Assembly: GCA_012798565.1 (NCBI GenBank) | Contig: JAAZMX010000040.1 | Location: forward strand, 1-47,393 | DNA from: Candidatus Kuenenbacteria bacterium | Lineage (GTDB): Bacteria > Patescibacteriota > Patescibacteriia > UBA2196 > GWA2-42-15 | Direction: 5' to 3' | DNA length: 47,393 nt | Shown here: in pieces, positions 31,951 through 39,695 of the stretch | Layout: each line of letters begins with the position of its first letter | Numbering within the stretch: position 1 is the first letter of the stretch | Position numbers and translations under genes: made by a program | Notes under the pieces: model-generated | What the model was told of the DNA's origin: nothing | What the model saw: the letters and a program-made list of their open reading frames with translations, nothing else | Database searches by the model: none

Positions 31951-33000
31951 CTAAAATAATTTTTTGATTTGATTTAGCCCTCTCATCACTCTCATCATAT
32001 TATACCATCCCGGCCTTAATACATAATCCCACGTCCCCAAAAAGCGATATTCTGTCCCGCCAAAACCTTTTTTAAATCGGGTAATGCCGGCCCAGCTAGC
32101 ATTGTTTTCATTAGCGCCCCACAAGTCATAGAGCTGATAACCGTCACGCTTGGCGTCTTTGATTACCGTCCACTGTAAAAGATAATTGGCCATCAATTCT
32201 CGCCCTTCATTGGCCGAAGCGCCATGCAGATAAGTGGCTGTATTACCAAAATAAATTGCCAGAATTGTCGCCAACGGTTTGCCCTGATGCTCGGCAAAAT
32301 AAAGTTTTAATTTAATATTCTTATCGCCCGCTCCAAAATAGCCGATCAGCTTTTCATAATAATTCTTCTCATAAATTTTAATCCCATTTCTCTTGGCCGT
32401 CTCTTCTGACAACTTATAAAATGTATTGATTGGAAATTGGAAATTGGAAATTGGAAATTTTATTTTTATCTCCTTCTTTTCCGCCAGTCTGATATTATAT
32501 CTAGTTTTTGGATGCATCGCTTCTAGTAATTCTTCCTCGCTTTTGGTCAAATCAAGCAAAATAGTGCTTTCCGGTTCTTGACTATGGGTTAATATTTTAG
32601 GCGCCTGGAAACCGAGACGTTTAATAAATCCCGTCACGTATTCTTTGTATTCGTAAGGCGGGCAAGTGCGCAAAAATATTTTATCACCGACTTCACTTTG
32701 TAATTTTTTTAAAATTTCTCCATAAGCCAAGGCTCTTTTGTCCGAATAATCTTTGCGCCACACCAATCCGCGCGGGCAATATAAATAGTGTTGATTAAAG
32801 GGGAGAGATTTTTTTATGCCTTGAGCTACTATCCGGATTTCCTCGTCCTCTCTGACCACCCAGCGAGCCAATTCATAACCCAGAGCCTGCTTATTAAATT
32901 CGCCCCAATCCCAAGCTTGCAAAAAACTAGCCGGGCTGGTATTTTCGGCCACAAACTTGTCCCATTCGTCTTTATTTTGATAATTAGTGAGGATTTCCAT
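31951..33000 (-). CDS. FemAB-family peptidoglycan interpeptide-bridge aminoacyltransferase
   Basis: SFLQAWDWGEF, KTRYNIRLAEKK and GASANEGRELMANYLLQW motifs. Confidence 0.85.
   Translation of the reverse strand: MEILTNYQNKDEWDKFVAENTSPASFLQAWDWGEFNKQALGYELARWVVREDEEIRIVAQGIKKSLPFNQHYLYCPRGLVWRKDYSDKRALAYGEILKKLQSEVGDKIFLRTCPPYEYKEYVTGFIKRLGFQAPKILTHSQEPESTILLDLTKSEEELLEAMHPKTRYNIRLAEKKEIKIKFPISNFQFPINTFYKLSEETAKRNGIKIYEKNYYEKLIGYFGAGDKNIKLKLYFAEHQGKPLATILAIYFGNTATYLHGASANEGRELMANYLLQWTVIKDAKRDGYQLYDLWGANENNASWAGITRFKKGFGGTEYRFLGTWDYVLRPGWYNMMRVMRGLNQIKKLF
32431..32458. repeat. Four tandem TGGAAAT heptamers inside the FemAB coding sequence
   Basis: TGGAAAT x4, read directly. On the minus strand it encodes ...FPISNFQFPIN.... 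This is the same motif as the intergenic hairpin arms. Confidence 0.8.
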
Positions 33001-33128
33001 AATTTAAAGTATATTACTTTTAGGTTTTTTAAGCAAAATATTGACAAAAATTAATTTTTATGTAATAATTATGGGAATAAAAATAAACAGTAACTTTGAC
33101 AAAAGGACATCTAAAGGAGGTGATTTCT

Positions 33129-34307
33129 TTGTCTCGTCCAATGAACTGGCTCCGAAAGGGCCTCATTGCGCTGGTGGTCGGGTTGTTTTTATTTAACCAC
33201 CGGGCAGCCGTCGTCAAACAATACCGTGATAATACGCCAGTTTTAACGAGCGAGGAAATCACGGAATTGGTAGAAAAAGTAGACATGTCGTATAAGACGG
33301 CCAAGGAAAAAATAGCGGCTGGTACTTATACCCCGCTTGATTGGCAGCGGGACGTCTACTTTTGGCAGGTAAAAATCCTGCGACAAATGGGCGGCCAATA
33401 TAACGAAGAGAGATTCTTCGTTCTCGCCGGTCAAGCCCATGAGTATGCAGAAAAGCATTACTACCGGCCAAATGAGCAGGACAAACTTTCGGGTCTGCTT
33501 TTTCGCCAGGAAGTTAACCAGGCTCAAGCCCAGGTCTTGGCGGAAAATGGTGAACGGGTTGATTGGAGTAAAATACTCCAAAAATTACATCGTCTCATGC
33601 TAGTCTTCCTGCCGTATTCTTTGTTGATTATTCTTGTTCGCCGATCAACTAGATATAAATTGTGGCAGATTGTTTCGGCCGGGGACATCATCTGGATCAT
33701 AGTTGCTACCGGCCTGAGCATCTTTGGGGCCGTTGCTTACCGACCCGATAATTTCCTCCAGAAGCGCATTGATTCTCAATTGCAAATCTGGAAGGAGAAA
33801 ATCGGCGCGCATGGTTGGAGATTAGGCCTGGCGTATTTGGTAGCGATTGTTGTTTCCTTGGCCACCTTGATCCGCCCAGCTAAGTCACAAACCCAAATGG
33901 TGGTTGAGACAAAAATTGTTAGCATTGTTCCAGCCGATGCCGCTACCAATCAGGAAGAAGAATCCGATGAACAGATTGTTTTCTTCCCAGAAAAAATCGT
34001 CGGATTTTTGCGGAGAACCTTTGAGGAAGTCATGAGAGGGATTGAGATTATTGTTTTCAGTTTTTTCTTTCTCATGATCACCCAAACTTTTCCCCTGCCA
34101 CTGGAGTATGTCTGTGGTCTCTGGGCCAGGCCACCAGATGAAATTCGCTTTTGGATTGCTCGAGCCATTGGTTCTCGCGCTCCGGCTGATTTTGTCCTTG
34201 TTGCTAATTCACAAAGAACTTGGACAAAATTTTTTACAGGAGCATATTATGAGAACCAAAATGTTTTTTGTACTCGTCCTGGCAGTGGTTTCTTTTGTCA
34301 CTGCTAA
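33129..34307 (+). CDS. Hypothetical membrane protein (several TM segments, acidic linker)
   Basis: Strong SD AAGGAGG (33114-33120) lies 8 nt before the TTG at 33129, with an alternative ATG at 33141. No family recognised. The 3' end overlaps the next gene by 59 nt. Confidence 0.5.
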   Translation: MSRPMNWLRKGLIALVVGLFLFNHRAAVVKQYRDNTPVLTSEEITELVEKVDMSYKTAKEKIAAGTYTPLDWQRDVYFWQVKILRQMGGQYNEERFFVLAGQAHEYAEKHYYRPNEQDKLSGLLFRQEVNQAQAQVLAENGERVDWSKILQKLHRLMLVFLPYSLLIILVRRSTRYKLWQIVSAGDIIWIIVATGLSIFGAVAYRPDNFLQKRIDSQLQIWKEKIGAHGWRLGLAYLVAIVVSLATLIRPAKSQTQMVVETKIVSIVPADAATNQEEESDEQIVFFPEKIVGFLRRTFEEVMRGIEIIVFSFFFLMITQTFPLPLEYVCGLWARPPDEIRFWIARAIGSRAPADFVLVANSQRTWTKFFTGAYYENQNVFCTRPGSGFFCHC

Positions 34308-34845
34308 AGATCAACTACAGCTGGGTTTTCATAACCAGCAAACTGGTTGGTCTCCCAAAATAACCCTGACCGCTGAGGTGGCCCCAAAAGTCACCCTATG
34401 GTTACGTCAGGGAATCGGTTGTTCTGACCCCGCTAGCTTGGCGGGATATGCCTTTCTCTCACGAGAAAAGGTCTGCGGCATTTTTTATGTTGGTCCGAGC
34501 GCCCAGAAGAATTTGCGCGTTAGTGCCATTCGTCTGGAGCTGGATCTGCGTTTTAAAATCGCCGACTTGTCGCCAAGTATCTGGTTGGGCTATGGCCTGA
34601 ACAAATTGGGTGGGCGAGACGATCTCGGCTTTTTATCAGCTTGTTTCTACAAGCCAGGGAATAAAAATTCCTTTGGCTACCGCCTTGATGGGGTTTTTCT
34701 CGCAAGCGGTCAGGAGCAGTTTGTGCGAGCCGGAGTCCTATGGAAATATCAATTTAACCAAGAACTTTCTCTTGTCTCCTGGTTGGGAGGCGAGCACAAG
34801 AGTAAATCTTGTGTTTTGAGAATTATGCTTGGTTGTAGTTTCTAA
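34249..34845 (+). CDS. Small secreted beta-strand-rich protein resembling an outer-membrane beta-barrel (C-terminal Phe)
   Basis: SD AGGAG (34238-34242) lies 6 nt before the ATG. Signal peptide MRTKMFFVLVLAVVSFVTA. About 12 amphipathic strands (RVSAIRLELDLRF, SIWLGYGLN, FGYRLDGVFLAS, VRAGVLWKYQF, LSLVSWLGG), ending ...RIMLGCSF. Confidence 0.55.
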   Translation: MRTKMFFVLVLAVVSFVTAKDQLQLGFHNQQTGWSPKITLTAEVAPKVTLWLRQGIGCSDPASLAGYAFLSREKVCGIFYVGPSAQKNLRVSAIRLELDLRFKIADLSPSIWLGYGLNKLGGRDDLGFLSACFYKPGNKNSFGYRLDGVFLASGQEQFVRAGVLWKYQFNQELSLVSWLGGEHKSKSCVLRIMLGCSF

Positions 34846-34857
34846 ATAAATCAACCC

Positions 34858-34890
34858 CCTCACGACCGGATATCGTGAGGGATTTTTTTG
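34858..34890 (+). terminator. Rho-independent terminator
   Basis: CCCTCACGA-CCGGATA-TCGTGAGGG followed by ATTTTTTT. Confidence 0.7.
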
Positions 34891-34924
34891 TCTAAAAAAC
34901 CTTTTTGGGTTAGTATTAATATCA

Positions 34925-34951
34925 GTAGGGGCAGAAAATTTTCTGCCCTTA
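34925..34951. repeat. REP-like palindrome GTAGGGGCAGAAAATTTTCTGCCCTTA
   Basis: It has the same GTAGGGG-stem-loop architecture as the hairpins flanking and inside the RAYT gene. Confidence 0.5.
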
Positions 34952-35001
34952 AAACCCCAGTGCTACTGTTGAACTGGGCACAAGATTTTGTGTGTAAGGT
35001 T

Positions 35002-35024
35002 GGTTCAGTTTTGCAAACTGAACC
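35002..35024. repeat. GGTTCA...TGAACC REP-like hairpin
   Basis: GGTTCAGTTT-TGC-AAACTGAACC. Confidence 0.5.
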
Positions 35025-35103
35025 AGGGTATTATTCATAGCAGAAAACCAGTAAACCTATTTTGTTGGCCAAACCAATAGCTTAAGTTTTTAATAAATTT
35101 AAA

Positions 35104-35126
35104 GGTTCAAATTGCAAATTTGAACC
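35104..35126. repeat. GGTTCA...TGAACC REP-like hairpin
   Basis: GGTTCAAATT-GC-AAATTTGAACC (near-perfect). Confidence 0.5.
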
Positions 35127-35147
35127 AACAAACGTTTATTTTTTAAC

Positions 35148-35735
35148 ATGCCCAAAAACTTCATCCCTCAAGACCAATATTTTAAAAAAGCCAAAGAACT
35201 GGGCTACCGCGCCAGGAGTGCTTTTAAATTAGCAGAACTGCAAGATAAATTCCATTTTTTAAAAACCGGCTTAGACGTTTTGGATTTAGGTGCCGCGCCA
35301 GGCAGCTGGCTCCAATATGCTGGCAAACTTGTGGGTCAAAACGCCACCCTGATCGGTTTGGATCTGCAATCAATTCAACCCATTGCCAAAAACACCAAAA
35401 CATTTGTGGTTGATATTTTTTCCGAGGAGGCTGTTAAATTGATTCAAAAGCACCACCCCAAACCTTTTTCAGTTATTCTTTCCGATCTCGCCCCAGCCAC
35501 TTCCGGCCAGAAAGAATTAGACCATTCTCGTTCGCTAGAATTAAGTCGTCAGGTTGTTGCCCTGGCGGAAAGATTTCTCGCTCCCCGTGGAACATTAGTC
35601 ATTAAAGTTTTCCAAGGCGGCGACTTCGATGCCTTTATCAAAGAGCTCAAAGGTCAATTTGGCCGGGTAGAGATCTATAAACCCAAAGCCAGCCGCGCTC
35701 GGAGCTTCGAAGTCTATGTTATTGCGAGAAGGTAG
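35148..35735 (+). CDS. rlmE: 23S rRNA (uridine2552-2'-O)-methyltransferase RlmE/FtsJ
   Basis: YRARSAFKLAELQDKF, VLDLGAAPGSW, SDLAP and VIKVFQG motifs. Confidence 0.9.
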   Translation: MPKNFIPQDQYFKKAKELGYRARSAFKLAELQDKFHFLKTGLDVLDLGAAPGSWLQYAGKLVGQNATLIGLDLQSIQPIAKNTKTFVVDIFSEEAVKLIQKHHPKPFSVILSDLAPATSGQKELDHSRSLELSRQVVALAERFLAPRGTLVIKVFQGGDFDAFIKELKGQFGRVEIYKPKASRARSFEVYVIARR

Positions 35736-35774
35736 ATAAGAGCATATAATGTTAGTGTGGTTACAGGGAGGGTA

Positions 35775-35880
35775 TAATCAATTTTATAATTTTTAATTTT
35801 TAAATAAATCTTAAATCTAAATTTTTAAACATTAAAAATTAGAGTTTATTTAAAAATTAAAAATTGGAAATTAAAAATTA
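35775..35880. repeat. AT-only long hairpin (AATTTTT heptamers), same architecture as the TTGGAAA hairpins
   Basis: AATTTTTAATTTTTAAATAAATCTTAA on the left matches the reverse complement of the right arm, AATTTTTAATTTTTAAATAAACTCTAA. Confidence 0.65.
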
Positions 35881-35887
35881 TTAAAGT

Positions 35888-36961
35888 ATGCATACCTTAG
35901 ATAATCTTTCCCGCTTAGGCCAATTGGACACAAGCAACATGCTGGAATCTATCGCTTTTTTGCCGCGTCAAATTGAGCAAGCCTGGAGTGAAACCGAAAA
36001 ATTAAAAATCCCCGCCAATTACAAAAAGATCAACAAGGTCGTCATCAATGGCATGGGCGGTTCCGGACTCGGCACCCACCTGATCCGCTCCATTTACTTT
36101 AAAGAATTAAAACTTCCCGTCGGCAATATTCATAGTTATGATTTGCCCGGCTTGGTAGACAAAAATACTCTTTATCTTCTTTCCAGTTATTCCGGCACCA
36201 CCGAAGAACCGCTCTCTACTTTTGTCACTGCCAAAAAGCGCGGGGCCAAAATTTTGGGCATTACTTCCGGCGGAGAACTGGCGGCGTTAATTCAAAACGG
36301 CAAACTGCCCGGCTATGTTTTTTCCCCAGAAAAATATAATCCCTGCGGTCAACCGCGTATCGGTCTGGGCTTTTCTGTCGCCGGCATCTTGGGCCTTTTG
36401 AACCGCTGCGGTATTATCAAAACTGACCCCAGAGAAATTACCCGCGCTATTCAAACGGCCAGCAGTCTTAATGATACTTTTTCCGCTCGCACGCCATTTG
36501 CCCAAAACCCAGCCAAGCAAATTGCCGCGGATTTGGCTGACAAAATACCCGTGGTCATCGCCTCGGAATTTCTAGCCGGCAATGCGCACGTCCTCGCCAA
36601 TCAGCTCAACGAGAATGCCAAAACCTTTTCCACCTATTTTCTGATCCCGGAGTTGAATCACCATCTTCTGGAAGGTATGCAGCACCCCAAGACCAATAAA
36701 AATAATTTACATTTTATCTTTTTAGAATCCAATCTCTATCACCCCCGCAACCAAAAACGCTTTACTATTACCAAAGACATTCTCGCCCAAAACAAAATCA
36801 AATACTCTACCTTACCCGCTCTCGGAAACAGCTATCTGGAACAATCTTTCACCACCTTGCTCTTTGGTTCTTATCTCAGTTTTTATCTCGCCATCCTCAA
36901 CAATTTGGATCCCTCCGCTATTCCTTATGTTGATTACTTTAAGGAGAAATTAAGTCACTAA
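35888..36961 (+). CDS. Bifunctional phosphoglucose/phosphomannose isomerase (SIS domain)
   Basis: VVINGMGGSGLG and SSYSGTTEE SIS motifs. The length and C-terminal region fit the PGI/PMI family. Confidence 0.8.
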   Translation: MHTLDNLSRLGQLDTSNMLESIAFLPRQIEQAWSETEKLKIPANYKKINKVVINGMGGSGLGTHLIRSIYFKELKLPVGNIHSYDLPGLVDKNTLYLLSSYSGTTEEPLSTFVTAKKRGAKILGITSGGELAALIQNGKLPGYVFSPEKYNPCGQPRIGLGFSVAGILGLLNRCGIIKTDPREITRAIQTASSLNDTFSARTPFAQNPAKQIAADLADKIPVVIASEFLAGNAHVLANQLNENAKTFSTYFLIPELNHHLLEGMQHPKTNKNNLHFIFLESNLYHPRNQKRFTITKDILAQNKIKYSTLPALGNSYLEQSFTTLLFGSYLSFYLAILNNLDPSAIPYVDYFKEKLSH

Positions 36962-36965
36962 CTAT

Positions 36966-37229
36966 ATGAAACGATATCTCGCTACTCTCTCCATCGTTGT
37001 CACTGACCGTCAAGCCAATGTGGCCAGGGTTAACTCCCTTTTGACGAATAATGGCCACCTAATCATGTCGCGCCTGGGAGTCAATCCAAGCACTGCCTGT
37101 CTGGCTCATTGTCTTGGTATTATTATCTTGGTTTTATCCGGTGAAAAATCCGAAATTCAAAAGCTCGCCATCGACCTGGGCCGGCTCAAGGGCATAAAAG
37201 TCAAGTTGAGTATTATGTTCAGCGAATAA
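36966..37229 (+). CDS. Small ACT/NikR-C-like protein (TM1266-type putative regulator family)
   Basis: The pattern LSIVVTDRQANVARVNSLLTNNGHLIMSRLGV...IIILVLSGEKSEIQKLAIDLGRLKGIKVK recalls the TM1266 family, from my memory of that family only. Confidence 0.4.
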   Translation: MKRYLATLSIVVTDRQANVARVNSLLTNNGHLIMSRLGVNPSTACLAHCLGIIILVLSGEKSEIQKLAIDLGRLKGIKVKLSIMFSE

Positions 37230-37243
37230 GCCCCTACTTATTT

Positions 37244-37273
37244 AGCCGTGTTTTCTAGAAACACGGCTTTTTG
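37244..37273 (+). terminator. Rho-independent terminator
   Basis: AGCCGTGTTT-TCTAG-AAACACGGCT, a perfect 10-bp stem, followed by TTTTTG. Confidence 0.75.
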
Positions 37274-37286
37274 TTATAATAAAAAC

Positions 37287-38885
37287 ATGCCACTATTTAT
37301 TTCTTCCCCCCACCCCAATAAAGCCACGAATTTTCGTCTGGTTTTTTATTTATTATTCTTTTTGGTCGTCAGTGTTTATTTTCTCTGGCTGAATAACTCC
37401 CCGTTTTTTCCTGACCCGGATTCTTTTTACCATGCCAAAATCATTGAGCTGATCCGTGATTCCGGCCCAGTCATTAGTTTTCCCTGGCTGCCCTTTACTA
37501 CCCTTGGGGAGATTTTTATTGACCACCATTTTCTTTATCATTTGGCTGTTTTGCCCCTGACTTATTTCTTGCCCTCTCTTCTGGCCGTCAAACTCGCCGC
37601 TGTTATTTTTGCCGCCCTGGCTATTATCTTGTTTCAGTGGCTTCTGGATAAACTGCAAGTCAGATACTCCTGGCTTTTTACTTTCGTTTTGCTGTTTTCT
37701 GACCAATTTATTTTCCGTCTCAACTTGGCCAAAGCCCCCTCGCTGTCTCTGATTTTTATCTTGCTGGCTATTTATTTTCTTTCTCTATCATCCAGACGTT
37801 GGAGTTGGCCGCTTTTTATCCTCTCCTTTTTCTATGTCTGGCTTTATGGCGGTTGGCCCATACTCTTGGGAATGGGGGTAATTTATTTTATTATCACCGG
37901 GGTTGGCGAGCACTTAGAAGATGTAAAAAAGCAAGCAATCAGCAATATCGGTCAACGTTTAAAATTATTTTTTTCCAAACTGTTTAGTTGGCCAAACTTG
38001 AGGTTGCCCCTTTCTATTTTTTCCGGTCTCTTGGCCGGGCTGATCATCAATCCCTATTTCCCCACCAACCTGCGCTTCTATTGGCAGCAGACCCTTGAGA
38101 TTGGACTCAAAAATTACCGCGGGCTGGTCGATGTTGGCGGTGAATGGTATCCACCCGATTTCTTTGCTTTGGTCAGTCACAACATCTATAGCCTGATTTT
38201 ATTTCTCCTCGCCCTAGTGATCTTTTTTGTTTTCCTGCGCCGGCAGCGCCCGCTCACCTGGCTGGCTCTTTTTTTGAGTCTATTTTTCTTTTTTCTGACT
38301 CTCAAATCCCAGCGCAATATTGAATATGCTATTCCCTTTATTTTGCTTTTTTCCGCCCTGTCATTTTCTTCTTGGCTAGGCTCCGCTCCCCATCCCCGGC
38401 AACTATTTTTGAGCTACCGCCCGCCAGCCATTGTTATTATTCTTTGCTTGATTGTTTGTTTGCCCATTATCTTTTCTTACAATTTTTGGGGGCTTCGGCA
38501 GTCGCTGCGCGGTGGTTTCTCCTGGCATAAACTCGAGGTGAGCTGCGAGTGGCTCAAAAAGAATACCCCGCCTCAAACCCTTATTTTCCATGATAACTGG
38601 GCTGACTTCCCCCTTCTATTTTATCGAAATACCGAGGCTCGTTATCTCCTTGGCCTCGATCCCACTTTTATGTATTTTGAGAATCAAGAAAAATATTTTT
38701 TTTGGCGCGATGCCTCCGCCGGCCGTCTGCCCGGGCCCCTGTGCTCAACTATCAAAAACAACTTCCAGGCCGACTACATTTTTATTACCCAGCTCAACCG
38801 GGCGCTTGACCCCCATCTTGCTTCTGATCCTGGTTGTGTTAAGGTTTATGAGGACACCGAAGCCAGGATTTATCGTATCAATTAG
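37287..38885 (+). CDS. Large polytopic membrane protein, GT-C-fold glycosyltransferase-like
   Basis: About 12-13 TM segments and an early loop motif FPDPDSFYHAK (acidic, EL1-like). A soluble C-terminal domain of about 130 aa contains HDNWADF. TATAAT lies 6 nt upstream of the ATG. Confidence 0.55.
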   Translation: MPLFISSPHPNKATNFRLVFYLLFFLVVSVYFLWLNNSPFFPDPDSFYHAKIIELIRDSGPVISFPWLPFTTLGEIFIDHHFLYHLAVLPLTYFLPSLLAVKLAAVIFAALAIILFQWLLDKLQVRYSWLFTFVLLFSDQFIFRLNLAKAPSLSLIFILLAIYFLSLSSRRWSWPLFILSFFYVWLYGGWPILLGMGVIYFIITGVGEHLEDVKKQAISNIGQRLKLFFSKLFSWPNLRLPLSIFSGLLAGLIINPYFPTNLRFYWQQTLEIGLKNYRGLVDVGGEWYPPDFFALVSHNIYSLILFLLALVIFFVFLRRQRPLTWLALFLSLFFFFLTLKSQRNIEYAIPFILLFSALSFSSWLGSAPHPRQLFLSYRPPAIVIILCLIVCLPIIFSYNFWGLRQSLRGGFSWHKLEVSCEWLKKNTPPQTLIFHDNWADFPLLFYRNTEARYLLGLDPTFMYFENQEKYFFWRDASAGRLPGPLCSTIKNNFQADYIFITQLNRALDPHLASDPGCVKVYEDTEARIYRIN

Positions 38886-38948
38886 CAGTTCGTATAAATC
38901 ATTTTAGATTGTGATAATTGGCCACCTTCTGTTAGCCAATGCCAAATA

Positions 38949-38981
38949 TTGTTAATTGTTTATTGTTAATTGTTTATTGTT
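38949..38981. repeat. Tandem 14-mer (TTGTTAATTGTTTA x2.3; heptamer sub-period) immediately upstream of the GT2 gene
   Basis: Read directly from the sequence. Confidence 0.6.
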
Positions 38982-38984
38982 CTT

Positions 38985-39695
38985 ATGATCTCTATTGTTG
39001 TCCCTGTTTTTAATGAAGCCCTGATTTTGAAGAAAAATATTCTTCAGCTTTTTGAATTTTGTCAAAATAGTTTCAAGGAAGACTGGCAAATTATTATCAG
39101 TGACAATTCCTCCAGTGACCGTACCCCGGCCTTGTCTCAAGAGTTGTCCGCTCAGTATCCAGCCATCAAATATTTCCATCTGAGTCAACGCGGCAAAGGG
39201 CTGGCCGTGATCGCTGCTTGGCAAAAATTTCCCGCTGATATTTATGTTTTTATGGATGCGGACTTGGCGGTTGATTTGACCGCCCTGCCCGCGCTGGTCA
39301 CTGCCCTAAAATCCGGCTCAGATATTGCCGTCGGTTCGCGTTTTCTTGACGCTTCCCAGGTAGAACGTAGTTTTGGCCGTCGGCTTGTTTCTTTTAGTCT
39401 ACACTTGATACTAAAAATATTTTTTCATCTCCAAGTTGCTGATGCGCCCTGCGGCTTCAAGGCCGTCAATCAGAAAGTTATTACCCAAATTATCCCCCTT
39501 ATCAAAAATCAGACCTGGTTTTTTGACACCGAACTCTTGGTCCTGGCCGAGGAAAAACATTTTCTTGTCCAAGAGATACCGGTTATCTGGCGCGAACCCA
39601 AATCATCCGCCCGCCAGAGCAAAGTTTCTCTATTGCGAGTCATCGTCGAATATCTGAAAAATATTTATCAATTACGCCGCCGATTAAATCAATGA
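38985..39695 (+). CDS. GT2-family polyprenyl-phosphate glycosyltransferase (DPM1/DPG-synthase-like)
   Basis: ISIVVPVFNE, SDNSSSDRT, FMDADLA and GFK motifs. Its stop overlaps the next gene's start. Confidence 0.85.
   Translation: MISIVVPVFNEALILKKNILQLFEFCQNSFKEDWQIIISDNSSSDRTPALSQELSAQYPAIKYFHLSQRGKGLAVIAAWQKFPADIYVFMDADLAVDLTALPALVTALKSGSDIAVGSRFLDASQVERSFGRRLVSFSLHLILKIFFHLQVADAPCGFKAVNQKVITQIIPLIKNQTWFFDTELLVLAEEKHFLVQEIPVIWREPKSSARQSKVSLLRVIVEYLKNIYQLRRRLNQ

Noticed and set aside
32431-32458. Possible CRISPR array, raised by the regularly spaced TGGAAAT repeats here and in several intergenic regions
   Set aside because: The units are 7 nt, directly abutting with no spacers, and form hairpin arms. 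No cas genes are present, and nothing in the window has CRISPR repeat-spacer architecture.
34108-34248. Long form (245 aa) of the barrel-like ORF starting at 34108
   Set aside because: A proper AGGAG SD followed by ATG, and then a canonical signal peptide, occur at 34249. The upstream extension overlaps the preceding gene.
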